Source: the human T2T-CHM13v2.0 reference genome, Homo sapiens
Reading direction: 5' to 3' (one strand)
DNA: 64,000 bases
Assembly (NCBI RefSeq): GCF_009914755.1
Contig: NC_060930.1
Below, piece after piece: positions 13,751 to 28,306 of this stretch (its first letter is position 1; each line of letters starts with the position of its first letter). A program made the translations under genes and the position numbers. The notes beneath the pieces were generated by a model, which ran no database searches, was not told where the DNA came from, and saw only the letters and a program-made list of their open reading frames with translations.

Positions 13751-14433
13751 TTTCAATGAAAGAGACTTTTTCAATGAGAGGATTTGAGTCCTATTGAGGA
13801 AAAAATTAATTACTTAAATTAGGGAAAATAGTTAATATCATTAGTAATCACAGAAATGCAAATTGAACTATTAAGATATAACTGCAAATTAGCAACAGTT
13901 AAATGATAATATAGAATGTAACTATAAAATGAGTATCACAATCTTCACATGTCTGCTTCTTACTTTTTTTGGAAGCCCAGTATTACTTTAAAATGTATCA
14001 TGTAATCTACTACCAGCGATATTTGGAACACAGTAGTAAAAATAAGAATTATTAAAATATATTAAGAGTGTATATTTGGTTCCACGCTGAAATGGAAAAA
14101 TGCATTTATTCCTATTATTTCTGCTAATAATGGCTAACAATCCTGGACATTATTTGTAAAACAAACAGAAAACTGAAAGTTGGAGGGAAGAAGCAAGACT
14201 AGCTAGTAATCCTAGGATCCGAGAAATAACATATTGGTGAGCACACTGGGTTTTCTTTATACTTTATATATCCCAGATCATAAGTGCTTAGAAAAATACC
14301 TTGAACTACCAACAAGAGTTCAGATAAAAATAGCACCCCCAAATGCCTGCTTTAACCAAACAAAAGCAATGTTGCAAGACAGAAAACGTTAAAATAACTG
14401 ACCTGCTCTAGCCAAACATCATGAAAAATTACA

Positions 14434-15222
14434 TTCATGAGGCCAACAAGCATATGAAAAATATTCAACATCACTAATCGTTAGAGAAGTGCAAATCAAA
14501 ACCACAATGAGATACCATTTCACACCAGTCAGAATAGCTATTGGAAAGTCCAAAGATAACAGACTCTGCCGAAGTTGTGGAGAAAAGTGAATGCTTATGC
14601 ACTGCTAGTGGGAATGTAAACTAGTTCAGCCATTGTGGAAAGCATTCTGGAGATTTCTCAAAGAACTTAAAACAGAATTACCATTTAACCCAGAAATCCC
14701 ATCACTGATATACCCAAATGGAATATAAATTATTTTACCATAAAGACTCATGCACACATATGTTCATCGCAGCACTATTCACAATAGTAAAGGCAAGGAA
14801 TCAACCTAGATGCCCATCAATGGTAGACTAGATAAAGAAAATGTGGTACACATACACCATGGAATACTATGCAGCCATAAAAAAAGAATGAGATCACATC
14901 CTTTGAAACAACATGGATGGAACTGAAGGCCGTTATCCTAAGCAAACTAATACAGGAACAGAAAACCAAATACCATCTGTTATTGCTTGTAAGTGGAATC
15001 TAAACAGTGAGTACCTATAGACACAAAGAAGGGAACAACAGACACCAGGAGCCTATTTGAGGGTGAAGGGAAGGAAGAGGGTAACAATCAAAAACCTACT
15101 CATGGGGTAGTATGCTTATTACCTGGGTGAAAAAATAATCTGTATACCAAACCTCCACAGCATGCAATTCATTTCTATAACAGACCTGCCCACGTAGCCC
15201 TGAACCTAAAATAAACATTTAA
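14434..15222 (+). mobile_element. LINE-1 3' fragment, L1PA15/16-like
   Basis: ORF2 C-terminus (CAAATCAAAACCACAATGAGATACCA) and 3'UTR ..AATAATCTGTATACCAAACCTC..CCCTGAACCTAAAATAAA. Confidence 0.9.
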
Positions 15223-16091
15223 ACAAATACAGACCCGCTCCCACCCTCATCTTCAAATGTTGAGTGGGAAACTAGACTTCTACCCATGCCCATTGGAAAT
15301 GATGCACTCCTCCCGTTCTTAGCCAGAGAGGTGTCAGCAGAGGCCCAGTGAAAAGCCCAATATCCCACTTTCACTGCTAGTAGGAATGTAAACTAGTTTG
15401 GCCATTGTGGAAAGCATTCTGGAGGTTTCTCAAATAACTTAAAACAGAAGTGACGAGGTATGTCAAAAGATGCCATTTGGGGAATCTGGACCTTGACCCC
15501 TACCTGGAGCTACTGACTCAGGACTCACTTCCCCCACCAGCAGTGTCAGAGGATGCCAGCTAAAAAGATGATTTTTTAAAATATCCAGAATCTCATAATA
15601 CTATATCTAAAATGTCCAGGATAGAAAACTTATGTTTTCCAAGTAAATATCACCACGAAGGCAATTAATAAATGACAATACCAAAATGTGACAGATTTTG
15701 TAATGATCTGAAAAGAATTTTCAAGCTGTCATTATAAAAATCCTTCAACGAGCAATTATAAAGGTGTTTGAAAAAATAAAAAATTAGAAAGTCTCAGCAA
15801 AGAAATATAAGATATTAAGAAGAATGAAATGCAATTTTAGAAATAAAAACATAAGTAAAATGTATTTTTCTATTTTCAAGTTCACAGGAGAATGGAAAAG
15901 GCAGAGGAAAGAATTGGTGAACTTGAAAATACAAAAATAAAATTTGTTAAAATGAATAATAGAAAATAAACTGAAAAAAAAATCATGAACTGAACTTCAG
16001 GGACCTGTGGGACTATAACAACAGTTTATAAGATGTAACTTTGTGTCATCAGAGTCCCAGAGGAAAGGAGAAACTTGAGGGGGAAGTTTAA

Positions 16092-17130
<1,039 letters not shown>

Positions 17131-17254
17131 ACAAAATTTCTAAATCTGGCAAAAGATATTAACAACTACAGATTCATGAATCTGAGTGTACCCTAAGTGG
17201 ATAATTCTAAATAAATCCAAACACACATCTATTCAAACTGAAGTCAGTGAGTCA

Positions 17255-17306
<52 letters not shown>
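17255..17306 (+). repeat. Compound tetranucleotide STR (GTCT)6(ATCT)7
   Basis: Read directly from sequence. Confidence 0.97.
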
Positions 17307-17307
<1 letters not shown>

Positions 17308-17639
17308 GAAAGGAATGAATACAAACATGTTAACTATATGAGTAAAACAATTTAATTGACAGCATATTTCTCATCAGAAGTTCGGGGGCAAGAGTGAAGT
17401 GGCACAAAATTTTCAAGGGTTGAAACATTTTCTTTACCCCAAATTCTATGGTCAGCAATCCTATCTTTCAGAAATGAAGACATTTGTAGGTGAAGAAAAA
17501 CACTGAGAATTTGTTATAAGCAGATCTACTCTAAAAAAATTTTTGAGGAAGTTTGGTAAACAGAAAGAAATGATAAAAGAATGAACCTTGGAACCCCAAG
17601 AAGAAAGACAGTACAATATGCAGAGCAAACATGTGTAAC

Positions 17640-17822
17640 TCCAGTACACTATCATTAACTACAGTCCTCATGTTGTACATGATTAGATCTTTCAACTTGT
17701 TCATTGTACATATTTGCTACTACCATCTAAGATGATGGGTAAGTTAATTTGTTCACTATAGTAATTATTTTATAGTATATACGTATTTTATAATGTATCG
17801 TACCCCTCAAATATACACAAGA
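17640..17822. mobile_element. Short L1MA (L1MA4-6-like) 3' end with 5' inversion
   Basis: 17640-17720 is antisense 3'UTR (reverse complement GTAGCAAATATGTACAATGAACAAG..GATCTAA..TGTACAACATGAGGACTGTAGTTAATG). 17721-17822 is the sense terminal 3'UTR (GATGATGG..GTTAATTTG..CACTATAGTAA..AAATATACACAA). Confidence 0.65.
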
Positions 17823-18094
17823 ACAGTTTTCAAAACAATCTAATATATTTTATTTCTCTTTAGTTTGAAGCAAAAGCTTAAAATTATCTAATGGGAATCC
17901 CAGTGTACAAAAAGGAAATGGTTAAGACAATTACATTATAATCAGGGGAAATCAAGAGACTTAAAAAGAAGTTACAGTTTCAACACTTCACTCAAACTGG
18001 TAAAATACATCAGTAGATCTTTGTTGTGATGAAGTAGTTCTGTACTTGACTCAGGTGGTGGTTACAGGAAACATGATAAATGGAATAGAAATAC

Positions 18095-18098
<4 letters not shown>

Positions 18099-18138
<40 letters not shown>
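18099..18138 (+). repeat. (CA)20 microsatellite
   Basis: Read directly from sequence. Confidence 0.98.
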
Positions 18139-18142
<4 letters not shown>

Positions 18143-18589
18143 TCCAATACTAATTTCTTGATTTCATAATAGTACTATAGCAGATGTAACTACTGGGAAA
18201 AGCTGGTTAAGGGCCACATAGAATCACTCTGTAATATCTTTGCAACTTCCTGTTACTCTATAGTTATTCCAAATTTAAAAAAAAAAAACTAATAAAGGAC
18301 ATTAGTTATAGGGAGCTCAGACATAGCTGAAGGTCCTACAAAGTGGAGGCCAAGGAGACATACTGAATATTTCAGAATGTTGCCAAGCTTTATGGTATTT
18401 TTCCTGACTTCTCATCTAAAACTATGGAGGCTAGAAGATAGTGGAGTATTTTAAGTGTCAAAACACTTTAAAAATGAAGCATATTGATTCTGAGTTCTGA
18501 AACTGCCCAAAATATCTTTTATGAATGAAGCAAATTAAGACATTTTCAGATAAAAGAAACTAGCAGAATCAATGTAACTACTTTTGAAA

Positions 18590-19090
18590 TATATGTGACA
18601 CCTTCTTCCAACATTTAACATACACCTGTCCAGAAATTCCATTTCTACATATTTATCCAGGAGGGGAAAAATGTATGTTTATGAAAAAGACTCATATATA
18701 AATGCTCATGATAAACTTGCTAATAACAGACCAAAACAGTACTAGTGTCCACACACCCGAGAATGAATCATATGCTGATATACTCATGCAATGGAATACT
18801 ATGTGGGAGTAAAACTTTATGACTTATTAGGACATAAAACAACATGGATATTCCTTAAAAGCATTATACAGACTGAAAGATTTTTTTTTTTGTACCACAG
18901 GATATAGTATATTACTGAATTTATGTAAAATTCTATACCAAACAAATCTAATTTGTGGTGGAAAAGAGCTTCAAAACAGTGGTCATCAATGGGATATAAA
19001 GGGCATTAAAATGTAAAGAGGCCAGAAAAAACCTCCTGTGATATCTGTAAGTATATAGATTTATTATAACCAATAATATTCAAGTTGAAA
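18590..19090 (+). mobile_element. Ancient L1ME-like 3' remnant
   Basis: CATGCAATGGAATACTAT..AACAACATGGATA..CTTAAAAGCATTATAC..TGAAAGA motifs typical of old L1M 3' ends. Confidence 0.55.
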
Positions 19091-20326
19091 AAATAAAATT
19101 ATTCGATTTAGATAACAAAAATATTATTTTGGGAAATTAAAACACACTGTTGGGATTTGTATATAAAACATTTAGCACAATGGAATTAAAACAAGATAAA
19201 ATGATGAAAATGACAAATTGAGATGTAATTTAAGGATTCTATCATTTTCTCAATTTACGGTTTTGTTATCCTCCAAGACATAGCTTCTCTTCACATTGTC
19301 TCACTTGTCATCTCCATTAGATATATTTCCTCTGTGCTGCAACTGCATCCTATGGATTCATCTACCACAGTATTTCCTTTTTGCATATGTCTCTGTTACT
19401 CCTCTAGACCAGAGAACGTGGCTCATTTATCTTTATTCTTATTGCTATCATCTGGCACAGAATCTGCCTACAGCAAGTAGTCATTAAAGGATCAGCAAAG
19501 CAATTCACAACTACCAACAATTAAGTAGAAAATTCTTTTCTTCCTTTTTTTTCCTATTATTGTACAACAGTGAGTTCCTCAGTATTGGGTTAAATGAAGT
19601 TCACAAATGAAAATGTCCATATTGCCCAGTTAATACAAATTATTGAAATGGGTTGACACAAATAACTTCTGAATAAGTAGGAAGTTGTGTCTTATCTAAG
19701 GAAAATCACACTCCTCTCAATGCCTGCTAAACTTTTGTCATGGAGGAATATAACCTGAGCACTTCAGAGCTTCAGATTTTCAAGAGAAGAGACATATTTC
19801 AGCTTTTTTATAATATCAGCTCAAACTTCACATCTTGGCTAAATATCTGTGTCACATATATTACAATTCTATTCTAGATTCTGATCTGAGATACACCACT
19901 TTGTGATCTATGCTACGTAATTTCTTAGTCTCAAGTAAAGAGTACGGAAAAAGAAACTATGTTAGAAGGTATTCTTATTGTGAATTCAGTAAGCTCACCT
20001 GAGCAATATTTCTTTAGACTTTTTATTCAACTTAGAAACTTGAAGGATATGGTTATATTACCTTTGAATGGAAAAATTTAAAGAGAGAAAACGAATTTGG
20101 TTAAACCAGTGATCAGTTGTAAATATCTAACATCTGGGTTCTTGATCCAAATAATTTCACAGCATTCGCAGGAAATATTTGTGCTTAAAAACTTAATACA
20201 AATTGCAAAGCAAACTTTTACAAAAAACTCTTACTTTTTTCTCTGTCTCCATGATCATAATTCATTGATTTAAAATTGAACAGTATATGTTCCATATTAG
20301 AATAAATTTTTTTAAAAAGGGATTAA

Positions 20327-20698
<372 letters not shown>

Positions 20699-23330
20699 TG
20701 AAACACACACACACCATTCTTCACCTTAATAACTACCTCCTTTTATTTTTTATTACACAGAAAACAAAAATAATATCCCATTGGAAAATTGTTCACAGAT
20801 TTTATTCACTTAATATCTAGTCCACTACTACTAATTTATTTGATATTAATATTTAAAAAACACAAAATCGAAGAATATTATGAATTTTTTCAACATATAT
20901 TGTTACTATTTTTTCTTTATGCCACTGTTTTATGATAATAATTATATATAGGTATTTTCCCTCACATTTTATGTAAAGTTACTAGTGGAGTTATACATTA
21001 AAACTTTACAGATAGTTAAGTTTATTGAAGCCCTGTATCTTTAGGTATTTGTGTCTAAAAGACATATAGATGGTTACAATGAAAGATGCATTATTGTATT
21101 TTAGTCCAGGTCTGTCAGACTATGTAAGAGGAAAAAAAAAAAGGATGTGGAGGAAAGAAATGCCTAATTAATATAAGTGACAATTCAGGGATTGGATGAT
21201 GCTTAAAGAGAGATTTCATAATCAATACATAATGGCAATGTCATCAAACAGCTAGAAATTAAAATCTGACAAATTTGACAACTCCCAGGAATCTTTGCAC
21301 CACTGGTATTTATTCAGTAATACACAGTTTGATCCTAAGATATTCATCATTGCTTCCTCGTTCTTGCCAAAATTTTCAAATTTATATAATAGGAGTTTTT
21401 CTCTGCAGGAAAAAAGACCTCTGATTTTATAATGCATTTCAGAAGAATATTAGTGATTTATAATCAACAGAATTGGAATATATCCATTCCATATAGGAAT
21501 ATATTACTGAACTCTAATATGACTAGGTTTAAAAAACGTTTTTACATTTTGGATACTCTATTCCATTAAGTATAATTTAATTTATATTTACTCTTTATAT
21601 ATGTTTATATCCTAGAATTATACTTTAAATTCAACTTTTCTATGAATTCAGAATTTATTTCAGGTATCAATAGGAGGAAAGTTTTGACTACTTTTTTGGT
21701 CAGTTTCCTTATTTTTAAGAGTATATTTAAAGTAAATATAGCACTATTTTGTTGAGTTAAGCATATAACATAAAGTAACACTTGAAAAAAATACTTTCTG
21801 ATATTTATTTAAAAGATAATGATCTCTAAGCAACGTTTAGCTTATTTGTAAGAAAACATTTTTCCCCCAAGGCCAAAGTTCAAAATCACCTCATTAGGAA
21901 AGAAAATAACTGACATAAACAATCGCAAAAACAAAAATAATAATGATCCATTGAATACTAATTCTCTTACACTTAGAAAGAATTCCTAATAGTTCTTAGG
22001 GCATTTCAAAAGGAAAAATGAGAAAGAAGTGAGAACAGGATGTGAATAAATCATGGAAATATTCTCATCATGGTTTCCTGTTCTTCCTCAAAATTAAAAG
22101 AAATCAATATTAATTTTTCTATGCACCAGGGATGATGGTAAATTCTTTAAACACATTTTCTTCAAGTAATCCTTGCTTTCTTCAAGTGATGGTTGCTACG
22201 TAATTACAATTGAAATCTCTTTAATTATTATCCTAGTGTTTTCTTTTTGCATGTATTTGGTTATTTTGTTAGAAAACTATTGGTTTCTTTTACAAAAACA
22301 AATTTGCTTCAGGCAGACCTGTCAAATTTTACATTTTCTTCCTTTTTTCTTATTCAGACAATCAAGAGATTTGTCTCAAGGGTAAGTCTAAAGGAAACAG
22401 GTTCTGAAAATACTTATTCTTTTTACCATTTGAAGAGTTCCATTTATCAGTTTAATTTTTATTAATTCCCTAATATGAATGATTCAAAAACGTTGTCAAA
22501 GTAAGTATATGGGTGTCTTTTTTCTGTGATCTACAATGGTGACATCATTTAATGCTACATTATTTCATGTGACTCATTGTCATTGTGTCCTGTAAGCTTT
22601 GGAATAGTGCATTCTACTTTTTGTTGCTTTGTATATATTTGTACTTTTTGTATGGATTTCTTCTTTGCTCTAAAAATTACCTAACAGTATGTTTTTTGGT
22701 TTTTAAACTGCATTTATATTTTTGGTAAAAATTGATTATTAATTTCTACTTTTATTAGATATGACTAAAGATGGTGACATGAGCATATCTAATTATTTTA
22801 ATCTATAAATAATTTACTCTGTAGCCAAGCACATGACAAATATTTGTAAATACTCTCCAAACACCAAATATATGTTCTCCATTTGAGGGATACATGATTA
22901 AATATGCACACACATGTCATCTCTGTATAAATATTAACATAAATAAAATAAATAATGGAACATATTTTTTATATTTATCATTTCACCAGAATATTTAGTT
23001 TATAAGAGGGATATTAGAATTTTCGATGAAAATGTTGCTTATCAAGTTAGCTTTGCATTGCTAAAACTTCAGTATTTCTTCCAGGCAGTTATTTGCAAGA
23101 TACAAGTTCACTATTATTATATATTTCCCTTACATTTTTCTTATGATTACATAATGTCTCATGTCATATATTTAGGCCCTTTAATTCTAAATCTAATCAT
23201 ATCTTGATATTAATGTTGTCACTCCTTCTTGGCCCATTATTTTAAACTTTTCTTATACTTTAATAAATTTGTCCCTTCTAAATAGAACATAGATAGGTTT
23301 TGCTTCTAAACAAAATACATGATTACCTGT

Positions 23331-25787
23331 TATATTAGTCTGTTCTCATGCTGCTCTGAAGAAATACCCAAGACTGGGTAATTTATAAAGAAAAGTAGTT
23401 TAATTGACCCACAGTTCCGCATGACTGGGGATGCCTCAGGAATCTTACAAGCATGGTGGAAGGGGAAACAAAAACGGCCTTCCTTACAAGGTGGCAGGAC
23501 AGAGAAGTGTTAGAAGGGGAAATGGTATATGCTTGGAAAACTATCAGATCTCCTGAGAACTCACTCACTATCATGAGGACATCATGGGGAAAACTACCCC
23601 TATGAGCCAATCACTTCCCACCAGGTTCCTCCCATGACACATGGGGATTACGGGAACCACAATTCAAGATGAGATTCGGGTGAGCGCATAGGCAAACCAT
23701 GTCATTCCACCCCCAGCCCATCCCAAATCTCATGTTCTCACATTTCAAAACAAAAACATGCATTCTCAACAGTCCTCAAAGGCTTAACTGATTCCAGCAT
23801 GAACTCTAAAGTCCAAGTCCAAAGTCTCATCTGAGACAAGGCAAGACCCTTCTGCCTATGAGCCTGTAAAATCAAATGCAAGTTAGTTAATTCCTTGGTA
23901 CAATGGGGGTACAGGCATTGTGTAAACACACCTATTCCAAATGGGAGAAACTAGCCAAAACAAAGGGGCTACAGGCCCCATGCAATTCTGAAATCCAATA
24001 GAACAGACATTAAACCTTAAAGTTCCAAAATGATCTCCTTTGACTCCATGTCTCACATCCAGGGCATACTGATGCAAGAGATAGGTTCCCATGGCCTTGG
24101 GCAGCTCTACTTCTGTGGCTTTGCAGGGTACCGTGCCCCTCCTGGCTGCTTTCATGAGTTGGCATTTAGTGTCTGCAGTTTTTCTGGGTACATGGTGTAA
24201 GCCTTTAGTGTATCTACTGTTCTGGGGGCTGGAGGACAGCGGACCTCTTCTGACAGCTCCAGTAGGCAGTGCTCTAGTATGCACTCTGGGTGGGGACTCT
24301 GAACCCACATTTCCCTTCTGCACTGTTCTAGCAGAGGTTCTCCATGAGGTCTCCACCCCTGCAGCAAACTTCAGCCTGGACATCCAGGCATTTCCATACA
24401 CCCTCTGAAACCTAGGCAGAGTTTCCCAAACCTCGCTTGACTTCTGTGTACCCACAGACTCAAAGCCACATGGAAACCACCAAAGCTTGGGGCTTTCACC
24501 CTCTGAAGTAATGGCCCAAGCTGTACCTTGGCCCCTTTTAGCCATGGTTGGAGATGAAGCTGCTGGGATGCAAGGAACCATGTCCTGAGGCTGCACGGAG
24601 TGGGGAGCCCTGGGCCCAGCCCAGGAAACATTTTTCCCACTTAGGCCTCCAGGCATGTAATGGGAAGGGCTGCTGTAAAGGTCTCTTACGTGCCCTGGAG
24701 ACATTTTCCCCATTATCCTGGTGATTAACATTCTGTTCTGTTTTACATATGCAAATTTCTGTAGTAGGCTTGAATTTCTCCTCAGAAAATGGGTTTTTCT
24801 TTTCAATTGCATCATCAGGCTGCAAATTTTCTAAATTTTTATGCTCTGCTTCCTCTTGAGCACTTTGCCACTTAGAAATTTCTTCCACCAGATATCCTAA
24901 ATCATGTCTTCCCAAGTTCAAAGTTCCACAGATCTCTAGGGCAGGGGCAAAATGTCACCAAAATGATTTGCTAAGGCATAGCAAGAGTTACCTTTGCTCC
25001 AGCTCCTAAGAACTCATCTCCATCTGAGACCACCTCAGACTGGACTTCATTGTCCAAATCACTATTAGCATTTTGGTCAAAACCATTCAACATGTCTCTA
25101 GGAAGTTCCAAACTTTTCCACAAGTTTCTGTCTTCTTCTGAGCCCTCCAAACTGTTCCAAACTCTACCTGTTACAAAGCTGCTTCCTAAGAACTCAACTC
25201 CATCTGAGACCACCTCTGGCTGGACTTCATTGTCCAAATCACTACTAGCATTTTGGTCAAAACCATTCAACATGTCTCTAGGAAGTTCCAAACTTTTCCA
25301 CATGTTTCTGTCTTCTTCTGAGCCCTCCAAACTATTCCAAACTCTACCTGTTACAAAGCTGCTTCCACATTTTTGGGTATTTCTATAGCATTGCCCCATT
25401 ACCTCAGTACCTATTTATTGCACTAGTTTGTTCTCACACTGCTATGAAGAAATACCTGAAAGACTGGGTAATTTATAAAGAAAAGAGGTTTAATTGACTC
25501 ACAGTTACACATGGCTGGGGAGGCTCAGGAAACTTACAATCATGGAAGAAGCAAAAGCAAAATGTCCTTCTTCCCAAAGCAGCAGGAGAGAGAAGTGCCA
25601 GCAGGGGAAATGCCAGATGTTTACAAAACCATCAGATCTCAGGAGAACTCACTATCATGAGAACAGCATGGGGGAACCGCCACCATGATCCAATCACTTC
25701 ACACTGGGTCCTTCCCATGACACATGGGGATTATGGGAACTACAATTCAAGATAAGATTTGGGTGGGAGCACAGCCAAGCCATATCA
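23331..25787 (-). mobile_element. Full-length MaLR provirus, THE1D-like (LTR 23331-23704, internal 23705-25418, LTR 25419-25787)
   Basis: Two homologous ~370-bp LTRs (TATTAGTC..CTGGGTAATTTATAAAGAAAAG..CAATTCAAGATGAGATT..CCATATCA) flank a typical THE1/MST internal region. Perfect 5-bp TSD CCTGT at 23326-23330 and 25788-25792. Confidence 0.95.
25004..25366. repeat. 180-bp tandem duplication within the THE1 internal region
   Basis: Rows 25021 and 25201 both begin CATCTGAGACCACCTC. I count 6 mismatches over 180 bp. Confidence 0.97.
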
Positions 25788-26864
25788 CCTGTCATTATGG
25801 GGGGAAATAGTGTGAACACTTTTATCTGGTATTATTTCTTTTTATATTATTTTATATTTACTCTTTGTTTTACTTTTTTTCCCCTTTTTTCTTTTTCTTA
25901 TTTCAGGAAGATTTATCAAGGTGTAGATTTTCTGGTTAATTTAGGAGTTTTAATACTCTTTTCAATTTTATATAAAAGCACATATTTCTGATCCTTTATA
26001 TGAAGATGACTTATTTTCTACCAAGATATCTATGCCCAATTACATCCACACTAATAAGATGGATATTTTAAAATAAATCACTCCCCTACATGTAGGTTAT
26101 GTGGTTTTGTTATATTAACCCCAGAATACCAGTATATTTATTTTCTATTATGTCTTTCCTTATTCAAGATTTCTTTTCCTTCACTTACATTACTCATTTT
26201 CAAATAGTCTGTCATTACAGGAGAATCTATTTCTCATCATGTTTCCTTTGTTCTTCATCTGCCATATATTGATTTGTAGACTTTTTCTTATTTTTTATCA
26301 TTTTTAATATCACTCTCTAGAGCATTTTGTTCTTTCTAATAGGTTAGTAACTAATAGGTTACTAGTGGATTATTTTTCCTCATATTCTTTACATAAATTT
26401 TAAAAAATTTTGATTTTTATCTCCCAAATTTATTGTTTAATAATGTTTAATACTTATTGATTATTACCAATTCTATCTATTTGCTCCCTTGGGTATTTTG
26501 GTGTTCCTCTTTGTTTAGCTAAATGCTAAATTAATTTATTTTCACTTTTTCTTATTTAATAAATCATATGATCAGGGCTCTGAACTTTTTCCTAAGTGAA
26601 ACTTTGGCAGTATTCACATCTAATCTTCAAAATGTTTCTTGAGTTTACAATATTTGATAGAATCTGTTGCTGATTCATTATGGAAAAACATAGAATATTA
26701 TGTATTTTTTAGTATGACATTTTTGACAATGATTACATAAAATAAGTTTATGACCTATTTACTCAATTTGATACTAAAAAAAATATGGAAAACATTTGTA
26801 GAACATCAAAATCACATGCAGACATTCTGAAAAATGCTCCAAGCATCAGAAAAAGTAATGACTG

Positions 26865-27230
26865 TGTAATTGTATCGAAAACTCTGAGGCAGAGATTAAC
26901 ATGCAGGAGGTTATTAGAGAGGGCTTTTAGGGTCTTCATCTGTAGAAGATAGGGAAGGAGAGATAATTGGGCAGAGGGACAATTTCAGTTCTGGTATAAT
27001 CCGAAGAAAGTTTTTAACTCAACCTGTAGGAAGCTTTGAAGCTAGAATGGCTATTTAAGATTGTCAAGATTTGGGGAACTAAGTGACTCATTGGATTCAG
27101 GCTGCCTCAGAAAATAAATGTGATACTGCTCTGACTAGGTGATTCTTGAAGAAAATTGCATGCAGAAAGCTGTCTAACAGCATTCCTTCTAGTAACTAGA
27201 AGAATAAGTATAAGCCCTCAGTCCATCACA
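26865..27230 (-). mobile_element. ERVL solo LTR, LTR33-like
   Basis: ACTCTGAGGCAGAGATTAACATGCAGGAGG.TTATTAG..ATTGGGCAGAGGGA..TCATTGGAT..GGCTGCC..GTCCATCACA matches the antisense LTR33 consensus as I recall it. Confidence 0.7.
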
Positions 27231-27913
27231 AATAGTAATAGTTTGATTAGATAGTAATGTTCTATAGCATGTTTCATTCTAACGTGCTATTTTGTTTTAA
27301 ATATACAAACACATATATATGCATTTAATTGTACTTTGTTTACATTTTCAGAGATTAGCTATGTATTTTCAGTCAACATATAATACATTATATTTTTCTT
27401 ATTTAAAATATTTGGACATAGTCTCTTAATAATTAGATTATAGGAAGTCTAATTTTTCAGGAAAATATTTCCAGTGTTAAATTTGTTATTTAACTTATAT
27501 TACTGGTTCAGATATTTAGAATTTTCCTCCCACTATTTTATTGATATTCTATAATTTTGTTTTGATTTAATTTTTAACCTAAATGACATTTGTAAAATAT
27601 GTTTTTATTAAAGAGATCAATGTTAGTGAAAATTACTTAATAATTAAATTATATAAGATACTTGTATTACTAATAGCAAATTACTTGCAAAAGGCCACGA
27701 ACCAGCATAATATTTCCTAATGTTGTTCTTCATAGTTGCACCCATTGCCTCATGTCACCATCATTGTCATAGATCTCTCCAAGGTCTAGGACAAAGAAAA
27801 TGATTGTGTTGCTAAGAAATAAAATTGGGTTTGCATTCTGTTAGATAATTATGCTGGCCTATGTTCTTCTAGGCAGGAACTGTTTCATTTCTCTCCATAC
27901 TTTACACACCTAG

Positions 27914-28306
27914 TGTTATGAGAGGAATTTTGTCCACCACCCTAAAGATCCCAGTGTTGAAGCTCTAACCCCTAGTACCTCAAAATGTGACTTTATTTGG
28001 AAATAGGACTTTAAAGAGGTGATTACATTAAAGTGAGACCACAACAGTTGGCCCTAATCCAATTGGTCTTTATAAGAAGAGGAACTTTCTACAAATACAG
28101 ACCAGGGCACATGCACAGAAGGGCAATCAGGTAAAGAGCCAGAAAGAGGGTGACCATCTGCAATCCAAGCAGAGACTTAAGAAAAAAATAAACCTGCCAT
28201 CTTTGATCTCAGACTGCCAGCCTCCAGAACTGTGAAAAATAAATCTTTGCTATTTAAGCCATTAGTTTGTGGTATTTTGTTATAGCAACCCTAGCAAACT
28301 AAGGCA
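27914..28306 (+). mobile_element. MaLR solo LTR, MLT1B-like
   Basis: TGTTATG...GTACCTCAAAATGTGAC.TTATTTGGAAATAGG...CAGCCTCCAGAACTGTGA..AATAAAT..TTTAAGCCA...CTAGCAAACTAAGGCA. Near-TSD CCTAG/GCTAG. Confidence 0.88.
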
